Part shown: piece by piece, positions 28,501 through 39,082 of the stretch
How the letters are laid out: each line of letters opens with the position of its first letter
How positions within the stretch are numbered: position 1 is the first letter of the stretch
Origin: a virus
Lineage: Duplodnaviria; Caudoviricetes
Strand: one strand, 5' to 3'
DNA length: 50,136 bases
IMG/VR virus record: IMGVR_UViG_3300020045_011308
Location: 1-50,136 of that record
Translations under genes and position numbers: made by a program
Notes under the pieces: model-generated
What the model saw: the letters and a program-made list of their open reading frames with translations, nothing else
Told to the model about the DNA's origin: nothing
Databases searched by the model: none

Positions 28501-31500
28501 TCCGTGTAATCCATATCAACTTGAATTGGCTTCGATGTTGTACTGTAGAAGTTGTCATATGCAGGATTAACTGTCATACTTCCGTTGAAGCGCCAGTAAC
28601 TCTGAGTAATGATGCGTGAGCGTGTCGCTATTGGCTGAGTAATCAACATCACATCATCAAAATCAAGATAGATGTTATTACCACGACGGATTGTATCCGA
28701 GAATGAATTCGCTACAACATCAAATTTACCTTGTTCAAAGGTTGGTGTTGCTTCAGCGCGATTTGTATCAACGAATACTTTAAACTCAGGGCTACTTGTT
28801 GCTGAGATTGAGTAATCAATCAAAGGATCAACAATGAAACCGTGTTTGAAACGCTCGAAGGAGTTGTTTGCCTCGGATGGAAGCACCAAATTCTTTGTAT
28901 CTGTTTCAAGACTTGTTAGAGAAGTGTAGTACTCAATTTGCTTGATGCGGTCCTCAAGCTTCTCAATATCACGCATTGTATAGCGTTTATTTTGCTTGAT
29001 AGATGCAGTAATTGTGTGATCGTTACGGTTGTAGATGTATTTATCAAGCGTAGCGATTGTTGGGAATGCTGGTACACTCAACGAAGCGAGCGTCATTGTA
29101 CCGTCAATATCAGATGGATACTCTGGACGAATCGAAGACACACCATTTAATACCCTTACCTTACCAAATGAATCAAGTACCACCTTATCACGGCGTGGGA
29201 GGAAATAGCCAACATCAGCGGTGAGTGTTTGATTAGGAGAAGGCGTGTATACTGTTCCACTGAACGCTTCGGTGTTCGCTGGATTGATTGTTGCAGAACC
29301 AAGTGTTGACGTTACTGCAGCGGTGTTAGAAACATATGGACGAGTATCGATACAATCACGAAGATCGTAGACAGCACCTGATTCAGATTGATATACAGGA
29401 ATGCTTACCCAGTTGATTTTGTTTGCTTCGACCGGAACAGTGTTACTTGTTGGGTATGAATCAACTGTGTAGTAACCACGTGTGCTTGTTGTTGTGAACG
29501 CGTCAAATTTGACAATAAGGTGTGTTGAACCATCAACAGTGAGTGATGAAGTTGAGCGTTTCTTGATATAACTAAGACCGTAATGTGTATCACGCTGACC
29601 ACTTGAAAGTGCGAAGTGTGATGTCACATCTGTTGCTTCATCATATGTTGTGTTGTTTGATGTCTTATATACAGCAACGAGCTTCATTGCATCTGGTACA
29701 CCAAGACACCACGCATTGTTTGAAGATGTTGCGAGTGCTGTGTTTGAAATCTTTACATAGCAGTCTTTGTTGATTGCCTTAACACTGATGAAATCATCCT
29801 GACGGCCATTGTAATAAAGTTTAAACGCGAGAGTACCACCACCGTGAATATTGGTGTTGAGATCAATTGTGGCCTGCTGTGCAGAATCAATTGTGACTGT
29901 AACGTTACTACCCTCAAGGCTAATTGGTGTATTGTTTGGGAAACCACGACCATACACATTTGCTGATACAGAACCAACTGTGTTTGCCATTGTGAGGGAG
30001 GTATTGTTCGCGATTGATACAATCAGACGAGGTGCTGATGTATTAATCTGAATGTAGTCACCAACAGTGAAATCAGTTGTGAATGATGTACCCGAACCTG
30101 TTACCGTGTTAGATGAAGATGATACAGTACCACCAAGGTTAGCTTGGCGCGCGGAAGCGGTAGGTACTATGATGAAGTCACGCTTTTGTGTAGCGTTTAG
30201 CGCACCCACACCATATGGAAACTCTTCTGTTCCTGCGAGAACTATTGTTACTTCACCAGTAGAGCTTAATGAGCCTGTTGTAGTATGGCGGAACGAGTAT
30301 TGTGTACCGTTTGCATACGAGCGGATAGATCTCAATCCAACAGGAAATATACCAGAGTTGAAGGATGCTTCTTTGATAACTGCAATACCATTCTCAAGTA
30401 CAAGATCAGCAGCTGCATCGGTTGCCTGAATAGCGCGAACAGAATCAAACGAGTATCCTGCGCCCATCGCAATATTGAACAAATACACACGATATGTGGC
30501 GGAAGGTGTTCCTGGAGTACCTGATTCGTACTGAACCCCCTTCACATAAGCTGTACCAATTGTTGTACCGCCTGTATCAGGTAGGTAGTTATCATTGTTG
30601 ATGTCAGTAACATCTGTGTATGCCGCGCCCTTCAAGTTGACTTGAGTAAGAGCGTTCAACGCAAATACACCCATCATTTCTTTTACAAGGATGTAGTTAC
30701 CATAGTTCAACGAGATTGCAACAGAATTCTCTGTTGTGTATGTATCAGCAACTGGTAGGGCCGCGCGTGTGGTGTTGATTAGCTCAACACGGTAACCATC
30801 AACATACGCAACACCGTTATTGATAACAGCGTTGATGTGTGTTGTATTGCTATCAATAGATTCTGTTGTAACTTTGAATCTATTGATTGTGTAATCACCT
30901 GATTCTTCGCGCGTTCTCTTAGCGAGCTCTTTACCGAGTTCATTGTAGTTTGCTGTTTGATTTTGACGAACAACAGCACCATTTTCAAACTCTACAAGTG
31001 AAAAGAATTCGTTATTAGCAGCCGCTTCAGCTTTTGTGAGGGTTACGAGAACCGGGTCAAGCTTGAGGCGATAAGCACCGGGCGCACGGTAGTTCGGGTA
31101 ACCGATAGCGTTATCGTTGAGTGATGAGTCAACACTATTGTTAACAACAGACTCAACAACAGTGAAACCTACAACAAGTTCATCTGGGTTTGTATCATAC
31201 TTACTTACAATTGTTGATTGTTCCTCAACATTAATGAAGTGGCCCTTCTGGAAGATAATACCATCAGACACTCTGAACGCGTAACCACGACCCACGGGTG
31301 CTGTAAATGAGCTATTCGCAACGGTAACTTTATCGATGTAATTGCGCACTGTAAGTGCCGCACCAGAGCCGGTGTTGCTGGTTACGTTCGCTGTTGGTGT
31401 TGTTGTGTAATCTGTACCACCTGTTGAGAGCACAATTTCTGAAATCTCACCAGTTGTATCTGTAATGATGTATCCGTTGGCCCCGGTACCACCTCCACCT

Positions 31501-32036
31501 GTTACAACAATTGCATCACCGTTTGTGTATGATGCTCCACCATCATCAATATCAATCTGCTGAACGCTGTAATCACGCGCGTAGATTGTAAGAACATCAG
31601 AGTTAGCGAAAGTAATCTCACCACCGGTACCCGCATTGAGATACTTAAAGTAGAGAGTGTTAAGTTCACCGTTTGCTGATGATTGAAGGCCCGTTACGGA
31701 TTCAAGAAGAATGGCCTTGAGACCTGTTGTTGCATTTACAACGTAGGTATCACTGTACGAATCGAGGTCAACACCAATACCATCAACAGTAAGGTCAAGA
31801 ATCTTTGCGTAGAAATAATCTCTAATAAAGTAGAATGAACAACCCTTGATAATTGAACCTTGTGTGAAGATGTGTGATCCAAAGCGATCAATCTGGTTCT
31901 GAAGAATTGTTTGAAGCTGTGTTAACTCACGGGCTTGAACCGGGAAACGCGGCCTGAAGAGGATGCGGTGAAAATTCTTTGACTCATCAAAGTCATCGAA
32001 ATATGGTTCAACATTAAGATCTGTTTCTAGCTGCAT
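25530..32036 (-). CDS. Large baseplate-associated virion protein, DUF4815/VrlC-like (2168 aa)
   Basis: PYFDDFD..KNFHRILFRP..VQARELTQLQTILQNQ, APGA.RLK, KRYTMRDI..LE.RI..IEYYTSL, DPLAQSF motifs. Follows gp8. Confidence 0.9.
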   Translation of the reverse strand: MQLETDLNVEPYFDDFDESKNFHRILFRPRFPVQARELTQLQTILQNQIDRFGSHIFTQGSIIKGCSFYFIRDYFYAKILDLTVDGIGVDLDSYSDTYVVNATTGLKAILLESVTGLQSSANGELNTLYFKYLNAGTGGEITFANSDVLTIYARDYSVQQIDIDDGGASYTNGDAIVVTGGGGTGANGYIITDTTGEISEIVLSTGGTDYTTTPTANVTSNTGSGAALTVRNYIDKVTVANSSFTAPVGRGYAFRVSDGIIFQKGHFINVEEQSTIVSKYDTNPDELVVGFTVVESVVNNSVDSSLNDNAIGYPNYRAPGAYRLKLDPVLVTLTKAEAAANNEFFSLVEFENGAVVRQNQTANYNELGKELAKRTREESGDYTINRFKVTTESIDSNTTHINAVINNGVAYVDGYRVELINTTRAALPVADTYTTENSVAISLNYGNYILVKEMMGVFALNALTQVNLKGAAYTDVTDINNDNYLPDTGGTTIGTAYVKGVQYESGTPGTPSATYRVYLFNIAMGAGYSFDSVRAIQATDAAADLVLENGIAVIKEASFNSGIFPVGLRSIRSYANGTQYSFRHTTTGSLSSTGEVTIVLAGTEEFPYGVGALNATQKRDFIIVPTASARQANLGGTVSSSSNTVTGSGTSFTTDFTVGDYIQINTSAPRLIVSIANNTSLTMANTVGSVSANVYGRGFPNNTPISLEGSNVTVTIDSAQQATIDLNTNIHGGGTLAFKLYYNGRQDDFISVKAINKDCYVKISNTALATSSNNAWCLGVPDAMKLVAVYKTSNNTTYDEATDVTSHFALSSGQRDTHYGLSYIKKRSTSSLTVDGSTHLIVKFDAFTTTSTRGYYTVDSYPTSNTVPVEANKINWVSIPVYQSESGAVYDLRDCIDTRPYVSNTAAVTSTLGSATINPANTEAFSGTVYTPSPNQTLTADVGYFLPRRDKVVLDSFGKVRVLNGVSSIRPEYPSDIDGTMTLASLSVPAFPTIATLDKYIYNRNDHTITASIKQNKRYTMRDIEKLEDRIKQIEYYTSLTSLETDTKNLVLPSEANNSFERFKHGFIVDPLIDYSISATSSPEFKVFVDTNRAEATPTFEQGKFDVVANSFSDTIRRGNNIYLDFDDVMLITQPIATRSRIITQSYWRFNGSMTVNPAYDNFYSTTSKPIQVDMDYTEGLESIINSVNDAFKFIKVNESSDVQSTTFQNRANTFDQVESGTGRFTSVLNTSIEHLTTINTTTHKWDYLQLTPGVTTGKQTEVGSFVTNFTMSPFIRAQSIYFFASGLRPDTRHYVWFDEKDVDAYITPMKIHTAGSWSDDPTDYYESGIVGDALVADEYGTIAGKFDIPEGMFLVGDRTLNIFNVSDRASWDTAISKAAAKFNAFNFNVEKGNLSFNTGQTFASGVNVINAASTSTTERVDFDRATVISIQNVDNEDPLAQSFIISPEVARGNEGINLTKADLYFKEKDPTFGIVVEIRTVRLGIPTSEILARTRLRSDEVNTSNTAATATTVVFDTPVFLRAGEEYAICLLPEANSPEYVVWTGEAGGTDVASSLTKNQDWAYGAMFLSTNATTWTAVQGEDLKVSLYFAQFSVTSGTITLVNDDREFLSISNSSGSVTAGMPVGRFGNTYISGSFVTLTTNNIVTDANTAVSSQVTAGDYLLLIHDSGSVANLTGNVAVNATSNVIVGNGTSFDTDFAVNDYIYVNMDSAANVQVRRVTAVTNSISMQVTRPFAAAQTGVGFHKLDTDFDIVRVVNVALPSITLNKHPQFSSNTTNAVFAEKVIVGIIDGVDSTISTVVLKDSTANSTIYFANNDVLIANNNQTLTIGSVDDINISHFESLFNNIVYPGTSIAMSASFMNASNTLVSNSYAFGSTNYLPFDGKLRSRSNEHQYGFSAKSFNATITLASGSDYISPIFGASSPNILRYAYDINNDVTDEHLMSGNAHAKYLTKQVVLADGQESEDLKVYLTAYKPVGTEIYVYAKIMSESDSDNFNDKDWSLLEQVTSNSVFSSTSNKNDYREFEYTFAEQPYATQLSAGVTTNANTLINTPIDLSANVAAGDIIVLENSVTGDYEVRKVTSANSTVIAVVTDTTLNSTGTLIKLVTRQKTAYKNYEDDSGIVRYFNTSGAAYDGFKIFAIKIVLASDLYSLVPRVDDVRAIAVSV

Positions 32037-32046
32037 TTTTACCCCG

Positions 32047-33855
32047 TTAGAATTCGAGAATTAATCGAACTGTTTCAATTTGTCCGTTAGAACGACTAAT
32101 TGGTGTTATATTTTCTATGTATAAAGACTGGCCCGAAGACTGGACTAAATCAGGTAAAATCTTACCTGTTACCTTAGCCTCCGCCCCGCTTGTTGCACCT
32201 GTTACTGTCTGAAGATCAGCAGCACCATCATCCGAAATACTGAATACACCTCTCACACTCGTCAGCTTCATTACCGTTGAGTTTGAGAAGTAGTGAACGG
32301 CTGTTGGCGAACCAATCGATGTTGTCTGAGTGATTACTTCATCATCTTCAAAATCTTCAACTGAGGTCTGCTCAATTGTCAACCAAGTTGTCTGATCAAC
32401 GTAAAGTGTTGGTGTAGTTGCTGTTGTAATTGCTGAGTTAACAGCTGTATTTGAATCATTTACAACAACACCGTAAGTAGAGTTACCTGACTCAAATACA
32501 CCTCTTACATCAGTGAGTCTCAAGAAGGTTGTATTCGCGAAAGTAACAACACCCTCAGCGTATGTATTATTCTGTGATACAGTATCATTTACTGCAAACC
32601 CACTAGTAACGCTTGTGAGTGTCAACTCTACATTTGAGAACAACGCATCTTTGATAATACCTATCTGACGGAAGTCATTCGAATCTTCAATCTTTGATGC
32701 ACCCGCTGTTTTATCGAGGTTCATACTAAATCCAACAAACTTACCACCGAGCTCGTAAGGTGCATCAGAACCATGACCACCTGGTGGTGATATAATTGGA
32801 GTAATTGTAGCAGTATCAGCTTCAATCGCTGTATTAGAATCTACATCAACGATACCCGTATTACCAGTTACGACAGCCGTGGCCCATGTATATCCACTAC
32901 CTCTATTTATGATCTCAATTGAGTGAATGGTGTTAGATGTGGCGTTAACCGTTGCACGCGCTGAGAAGTCTTCACCATCACCAGTAAGTGTAACAGCTGG
33001 CGTGATTTCATAGGTTGATGATGTTGTTGGTGTGATTGTGAATGGTTCATCAATTACTACCCGCTTTACACTTCCAGCGACAGAGTAACCAACGATTGTT
33101 CTCAACTGCCCTGATCCAGTGCCGCTCACGACCTTGAATGCGCTGCCTGTGTAGAAATCAGCGTTGCTCGATGAGTAGGCTTCGATTGTAAATATTACGT
33201 TGTTACCACCAACAGAAATCTGTTGGAATACACCGTTTGTGTATGAGTTGTAGTTGTTACCACCCGACTCAACAATAACAACATCGATAGCACCATCAAC
33301 AGCGTTACCACTCACATCATCATCTGTCACAACAGGAATGTAGTCGGTAGTTGCAAATTTATTATGTGTGGCAGAATCAAACTGGTACATATACTTCCAC
33401 TGATATCCATCAGATGTGAAGTAGAAATCGTCATTCGCTGATGTATCAGCGAATGCCGGAGGCTGTGTTGATGCGATACCACTAGCGTTATCTAAGCACT
33501 TAAATACACTGTAGCTACCTCCACCCTCTGTTACTACAACATAGAATTCTTCATTGAAGAGATCAACAGATGTGTGGCGATATGGCTCGTAAACAGTGTT
33601 GGAGGTCCAGTTGTAGCGGGGCACCATGAGGGAAGTATCAGCCTCTAATATCAGTTTCGCTCCAATCATGTTGTTGTAAACATCGATTAGAGTACCATTG
33701 GTGTTGTCTTCTATTTCTGGTGGAACACTGTCATCCGCAAATTCCGTTGGCTTACCGTAGAAGAAGTAATAGAAATTTCTCTGTGGTTCAGTGAAGGTTT
33801 CGATGAATTCACGAGCATTGTGCACATGAAACTTATTGGTGACTAGTTTTGTCAT
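32047..33855 (-). CDS. gp8: Baseplate wedge subunit gp8 (extended)
   Basis: PRYNW, VFKCLDN, DGYQWKYMY, P.GGHG.D...ELG, DFRQIGII.D, LYIEN..PI.R...Q.E.VRLILEF. Confidence 0.92.
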   Translation of the reverse strand: MTKLVTNKFHVHNAREFIETFTEPQRNFYYFFYGKPTEFADDSVPPEIEDNTNGTLIDVYNNMIGAKLILEADTSLMVPRYNWTSNTVYEPYRHTSVDLFNEEFYVVVTEGGGSYSVFKCLDNASGIASTQPPAFADTSANDDFYFTSDGYQWKYMYQFDSATHNKFATTDYIPVVTDDDVSGNAVDGAIDVVIVESGGNNYNSYTNGVFQQISVGGNNVIFTIEAYSSSNADFYTGSAFKVVSGTGSGQLRTIVGYSVAGSVKRVVIDEPFTITPTTSSTYEITPAVTLTGDGEDFSARATVNATSNTIHSIEIINRGSGYTWATAVVTGNTGIVDVDSNTAIEADTATITPIISPPGGHGSDAPYELGGKFVGFSMNLDKTAGASKIEDSNDFRQIGIIKDALFSNVELTLTSVTSGFAVNDTVSQNNTYAEGVVTFANTTFLRLTDVRGVFESGNSTYGVVVNDSNTAVNSAITTATTPTLYVDQTTWLTIEQTSVEDFEDDEVITQTTSIGSPTAVHYFSNSTVMKLTSVRGVFSISDDGAADLQTVTGATSGAEAKVTGKILPDLVQSSGQSLYIENITPISRSNGQIETVRLILEF

Positions 33856-36800
33856 TGCTGGTAGAGGATTGTGCCGCTATTATTGGAAATGATTGTACCA
33901 GTATTTATGGTCAATGTCTTCACCATTGTATTGGCTTTAGACACCTTATTAAATTCACCAAACATCTTTGTACCAGCCACGTGCATGATATCCTTCAGCA
34001 TCTGTCTGTAAGTGTCGAGAGCAAGCCCTGTTCTTATAACATACGAATATTCCTGGTAGTAATCAGAATCATGAAGATATTTGGTGTTGAGGTAGCCCTT
34101 CTCTGATTGAAAGTACCCTGTACCAGTACCCTCATTCAAGAGTCTCACATATCCAGAGGCAACAAACGCGCCACCTTCCTTAACAATATCAACACTCTCA
34201 AGCTCTTCATACGCGAATCCTGAGTCAATAACTTCAAAATCACTAATTGAGCCTTCAACTGCGCCGGCCACTGCGTTGATCTGAGCGTTAAGGCCGATCG
34301 GATTTGTATCGGGGTCATTGATTACCATCACCACATTCGCACTCGCACCAGATGACAGTCCAACAATATCAATATCATTCTGGAAAGCAACAGAGAAGGA
34401 TTTGCGAGCAATCTTGATATAATCAGCTCCCACCTCTGTTACACTACCACGTATAATTTGAGCAACAGGTGCTGAAGTTGCAGTTACAATTGTTGCAGAT
34501 GTGTTTGAGCCGTATAGAATAGCACTTGATGCAACGAGTGATACATTTGCGGAAATCGCGCTAATTGCGCTTGTGAGTAAGCCATAGGTTGAGTTACTTA
34601 CATCGAATGTACCATCAACATCTATCACTCTCAATACTGTTGAGTTAGATGAATACACCACACCTGTAGCGTTTGTATTCTGCTGAGTTACGGTTTCACC
34701 GAGAGTAAAGGGGCTGTTATCAACATCGAGGTCAATACTATATGTTGTTGTGGTTATTGATGTTGCGTTCGCTGCGAAGACATCATCTGTTGTGATAAGC
34801 AACGAACCCGCTGTTGAGTTAGTTGTAGCAACTGTTGAGATGATACCTGTTGAGGTATCTTGTGTTGCGCTTTCGGCAACCTGAAAGCCCCTCAATACCG
34901 CGTTTGCAGTGAATCCACTACCAGTTGAAGTGGTAATACTTACTGCTGGTGCTGAGCTGTAGTTTAATCCACCATCTGTAACAGATATACCAAATACAAC
35001 ACCGTTCGAGAAAGCTGACACGTTTGCAGTTGCGTTTGATGTTGCTCCTGTTACTATGAGACTCGCAGCGAAAGCGCCGCTTGTTGGCTGAACCTTCAGT
35101 ACTGTTGCATTCGCAGAGTATATGAGACCTGTTGCACCTGAAGTTGCTTGAGAGATAACTTCACCAGCTTCAAAAGTACCTGAAACATTTAAGAGTGTGA
35201 GTTGTGTACCAAGAATCAGCGAACCAGCTGCCCCGGTTCCTGCACCACCGGTAAACACTACAACATCAGTGCCAACATACTCCGTTCCACCTGCTGTAAC
35301 TATTACTGATGAAACAGAGGTGACCATGTTGTTATAGCTGACACTATACGCTGGTAGTGAAAAGCTCTGAGAAATTCTTTCACCTTCTGTAAATGTACCG
35401 ACGATTGTATCGAGTTGTAGGATTAGATCGCGACGACCGTAACCTGCAATGAGTGGTTCAATTACAAGAACGAAAGGATCCTGATTGTAATCAGCGCCGG
35501 GATTAATATTCGAGAGTGATGCAATCTCACCAATTGTGTAGGTATTCTTCGACAGTGCAACACCAATTACTGTATCTAGGGTGGCGTACACATTTCTTGG
35601 AAACCCGTACCCAAAGAACATATCTGCTTCAAGATTCGCACCAGTACCTCCAGGTGCACTGACTGTAGGTGGTGTATCATAACCATTACCGCTGCTTGTG
35701 ATAGTGACCGTTGTAATACCACCAGTTGAATTTGTTGAGAGTGTTGCAGTTGCGTTTGATGTAGGTGTACCACCAGAGAAGCTTATCGCCGCGCCGTTAG
35801 TGTAGCCCGTACCACCACTATTGATTGTAACAGCCTCAAGATAACCAACATTACCATAATATCCATTCAGCTGGATGTTGAGGTATGGTTGTAATGCAGC
35901 GTTATTACCACCAATTAGGTCTGTATTGATGTAGACCGTTTCTGTATCTTGAATTGCACCGATACTAAAATCAGCGCCTGATCCAGTTGCAATACCGTTC
36001 GATGTTACTTCTGAATATGTGTTGGATGTCTGACCACGTAGAAACGCGTAGTCGGTATTGCTTGTGAATGTCCCTGTGACATCATATAAACCAACTGCTG
36101 AGCTGTTCGCTCCAATCAGCAAACCAGTCGCAGTTGAATTGGTGTATGTGTCAATCAACGCTACGTTCGCAGTTGTGTTAGCAACATCTGAAGCTGTTGA
36201 GAAGGTGCCGTTTGAAACCAATATTTTCAGAGTGCCATTCGCACCAACGATGTTTGTGATACCCACAACATAACCAGAACCTGTATTTGCTATTGTGTTT
36301 GCACCAACAACTTCTTGACCGATAGCGAATGCTGCACTATTGTTTGTGTAATCAATTGTAGCAAGCGGCTGCTCAACTGTTTCGAAGATGTAGAAATCCG
36401 TTATATCTGTATTAGCGTTTGTACGAGTATCAGTATTGATAACCTTCTCTGATACATATACCAGAGCATCCTCACTAAATCCCCAGCCCCCGTCAATAAG
36501 TGTAAACGCCACACGACCTGTTGCTGTCTCTACTCCGGTGATCCTGATAAGACCTCTCCGACCTGTCACGCTCGAAACAATCGAAGCTATATCACCGACC
36601 TCAAAATCAGCACCAGCAAGATTTATATCAAGATTGGTTAGTGATCCAATAATGAGAGGCGCACCTTCAATTACACCATTCTCTGTAATTAATTCACCTG
36701 TTGTGAAATGACCCTGAAGATTGGTGATGTATGCCACATCGATATATTTACCTGTGACCCCTTTGCGTATTACCTTCTCAACAATGGCGGTTGCGCCCGA

Positions 36801-37274
36801 TGTAACACCTGTAATCTGTTTGCCCTGAAAGGTTGCGGCTCTTGTTGACGGCGCGAGCTCGAGATATACCGGTACATAGTAGTCTCCGTCTGATGGACGA
36901 AGTAAATCGTCTGCAGGGTAGAATACCTTAACTTCCTCACCGAATATGAGACGGAAGAATACATCAATACCCTCCTCTGTACCCTTCATACTCAAGAAAT
37001 CTTTGATGTGCTTGAAGAGAAACTTGGTGTCTACATCAGTAGAGAGAGGTAGACCATAGAGATACTTTTCACGGAAGTGAATTGAGAACTCATCAATTGT
37101 AGTGTCAACACTTCTATACTCATTGAGACGACGGGTATGGTAGAGTGTTTGATTTTCACTCTCCATCCACTCATAGTAAGCCTTCGCAAAGCGAATAAAG
37201 TCCTGACCTTTATCGTTGTAGAACGCTGGAAATTGACTACCGATTAGAGGTAGTATTGTTGTTTCAAAACTCAT
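33852..37274 (-). CDS. gp7: Baseplate wedge initiator gp7-like
   Basis: QFP.FY, F.KAYYEWME, KGTE....FFR.IFGE at the N-terminus. DS.YYQEYSYV..H.AGTKMFG at the C-terminus. Lies between gp6 and gp8. Confidence 0.88.
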   Translation of the reverse strand: MSFETTILPLIGSQFPAFYNDKGQDFIRFAKAYYEWMESENQTLYHTRRLNEYRSVDTTIDEFSIHFREKYLYGLPLSTDVDTKFLFKHIKDFLSMKGTEEGIDVFFRLIFGEEVKVFYPADDLLRPSDGDYYVPVYLELAPSTRAATFQGKQITGVTSGATAIVEKVIRKGVTGKYIDVAYITNLQGHFTTGELITENGVIEGAPLIIGSLTNLDINLAGADFEVGDIASIVSSVTGRRGLIRITGVETATGRVAFTLIDGGWGFSEDALVYVSEKVINTDTRTNANTDITDFYIFETVEQPLATIDYTNNSAAFAIGQEVVGANTIANTGSGYVVGITNIVGANGTLKILVSNGTFSTASDVANTTANVALIDTYTNSTATGLLIGANSSAVGLYDVTGTFTSNTDYAFLRGQTSNTYSEVTSNGIATGSGADFSIGAIQDTETVYINTDLIGGNNAALQPYLNIQLNGYYGNVGYLEAVTINSGGTGYTNGAAISFSGGTPTSNATATLSTNSTGGITTVTITSSGNGYDTPPTVSAPGGTGANLEADMFFGYGFPRNVYATLDTVIGVALSKNTYTIGEIASLSNINPGADYNQDPFVLVIEPLIAGYGRRDLILQLDTIVGTFTEGERISQSFSLPAYSVSYNNMVTSVSSVIVTAGGTEYVGTDVVVFTGGAGTGAAGSLILGTQLTLLNVSGTFEAGEVISQATSGATGLIYSANATVLKVQPTSGAFAASLIVTGATSNATANVSAFSNGVVFGISVTDGGLNYSSAPAVSITTSTGSGFTANAVLRGFQVAESATQDTSTGIISTVATTNSTAGSLLITTDDVFAANATSITTTTYSIDLDVDNSPFTLGETVTQQNTNATGVVYSSNSTVLRVIDVDGTFDVSNSTYGLLTSAISAISANVSLVASSAILYGSNTSATIVTATSAPVAQIIRGSVTEVGADYIKIARKSFSVAFQNDIDIVGLSSGASANVVMVINDPDTNPIGLNAQINAVAGAVEGSISDFEVIDSGFAYEELESVDIVKEGGAFVASGYVRLLNEGTGTGYFQSEKGYLNTKYLHDSDYYQEYSYVIRTGLALDTYRQMLKDIMHVAGTKMFGEFNKVSKANTMVKTLTINTGTIISNNSGTILYQQ
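33902..33909 (-). promoter_or_regulatory. Late promoter variant CATAAATA (intragenic)
   Basis: Located in the 3' end of gp7, 46 nt upstream of the gp8 start. Confidence 0.55.
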
Positions 37275-39082
37275 TCACGTTTACCATTGAGTGTAATCGA
37301 AACATCAGCGTCTCGAATTGTGAGGATGTGGTTGCTTATTACAGATACATCTTTCGATGCTGGTGATACATAAAGTTTGACGCCAGTTCCACTATAGGAT
37401 GAGAATAACACGTTTGTAATCGTCACAGTGCCATTCTCATAGTCAACCGTACCAACATTAGAATTGATCTGTGTATGCTGCCCGCCAACTACTGCCATCA
37501 GTCGCATGAAACCATCACCATCATCTTCCAAGTAAACATCTACACCCTCGGATACAAATTTTGAACTCAACACACCATGGGTCTCTGTTGAATCGTGAGT
37601 CACGTTCGATGAAAATAGATCTGTGCGAATTGGGTTATCGAAGTAGAGCGTCACACTGTAAGCGTTAGATGTTGATGTTGGAGTGATGATTTTGTAGAGT
37701 GTTAGTGTAGTATCATTACTCAAAATACTCTCTTCTGAATCATCAATAGCAGTAGTAAGCTTACTAAAGTAGAGAGTGCTGTTGAAATCATCAATATACT
37801 CATCATTGAATGTGGAGACGGCACCGAGTACTAATGAACGAATATCTTCCTGACTACGTGTCGCAATATTGATATTGTAGGTCACTGTTGAATTGAGGCT
37901 GATATACGTAAATTCAGGGTCAATGAATGTAGGATCAATAGCGAGTGATGTCTTTGTTCTGATGTAATCACGATACACACGCTTACGCTCAAGTGAGATA
38001 CCATCAGAGTTGTCTTGATTTACTGAGATATAAACAACACCATACTGAGGTGGTGTAACTTCTTCGCCACCGTAAACATTGATTGCATCAATTTCTGGAA
38101 ACTTCGTTGTAAGCAGGGTCTTGTAATCTTCAGCTGTAACTGCTCGGTTCTGTGTATTGAAGTATCTTGGCGCGTTGAAGCGAATTGACTCTGCTGTTTC
38201 ATAAACCGCGCCACCCTCTGCTCTTGATACAAGTGTTACTGCAACATTCGAGTGACCATCGATCGCTCCATCTGATACAAAGATGTCTGCACCATTTGAT
38301 AGCTCACCAGATGAAATTCTATATTCACAGATAATTACTGACCCATCCTTCGGTCGACGGCCAACAAGACCGCTACCAAAGGTTACTTCGTATTGATTGT
38401 TCTCCGCAGCTTGAACAAAGTATACAGGAGAGGCGCTCGTGCAATCACTCAGAACATCTTTCTTGATATATTGAGTTGTAGTTGCACCACCATTTTCGAT
38501 AACTGTTACACTCAGGCTATCAAGATCAATTTGTGGATTTGAGAGAATGAAGCGCTGTGTTTGAATAGCATCAGTAGCAGATCCTTCTGATGCATATAAG
38601 AAGGTATCAGATATGAAAGAACCTTCATAGATTTCAACATCAGCGAAAGTAAACTCACCGTTTGTAGATGAGAGTACCATATTATTCGCTACAGTGTAAG
38701 TGTATGTGTTGCTACCTAACTGTGTTGTAAATGATGTGCCACGCGGCATCACAACTGCAGAGACTGCTGAATTTGATGGTGTAACAACAATATCAACAAC
38801 AGCATGAGCGGAGCGGAATGAACGTGGAAGATAATTCAATTCAATCGCGTGCTTAACAATATTTTCGCGCTGCTGCGCGGTTTTAATGAACATTTCATTA
38901 GCGATCATGTTCATATAGAAAGTATTGAGATAAGAGTTATATGCCATCAACTCAATCAACGTATTGATATTTGAACCCTCAAAGTTAAAATCTCTAAATT
39001 CAGGTTTATTCTGAAGGAACGCCTTGAGACTCGCTTTGAGTGAATCAAAATCAAGATCTACTAGATTTACATTATGGGACAT
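37271..39082 (-). CDS. gp6: Baseplate wedge subunit gp6
   Basis: LDFD.LK..LK.FL, DFNFEGS, QNRAVTAEDY, GGEE..PP.YG.VYI, GTVDY..G motifs. Confidence 0.96.
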   Translation of the reverse strand: MSHNVNLVDLDFDSLKASLKAFLQNKPEFRDFNFEGSNINTLIELMAYNSYLNTFYMNMIANEMFIKTAQQRENIVKHAIELNYLPRSFRSAHAVVDIVVTPSNSAVSAVVMPRGTSFTTQLGSNTYTYTVANNMVLSSTNGEFTFADVEIYEGSFISDTFLYASEGSATDAIQTQRFILSNPQIDLDSLSVTVIENGGATTTQYIKKDVLSDCTSASPVYFVQAAENNQYEVTFGSGLVGRRPKDGSVIICEYRISSGELSNGADIFVSDGAIDGHSNVAVTLVSRAEGGAVYETAESIRFNAPRYFNTQNRAVTAEDYKTLLTTKFPEIDAINVYGGEEVTPPQYGVVYISVNQDNSDGISLERKRVYRDYIRTKTSLAIDPTFIDPEFTYISLNSTVTYNINIATRSQEDIRSLVLGAVSTFNDEYIDDFNSTLYFSKLTTAIDDSEESILSNDTTLTLYKIITPTSTSNAYSVTLYFDNPIRTDLFSSNVTHDSTETHGVLSSKFVSEGVDVYLEDDGDGFMRLMAVVGGQHTQINSNVGTVDYENGTVTITNVLFSSYSGTGVKLYVSPASKDVSVISNHILTIRDADVSITLNGKRE

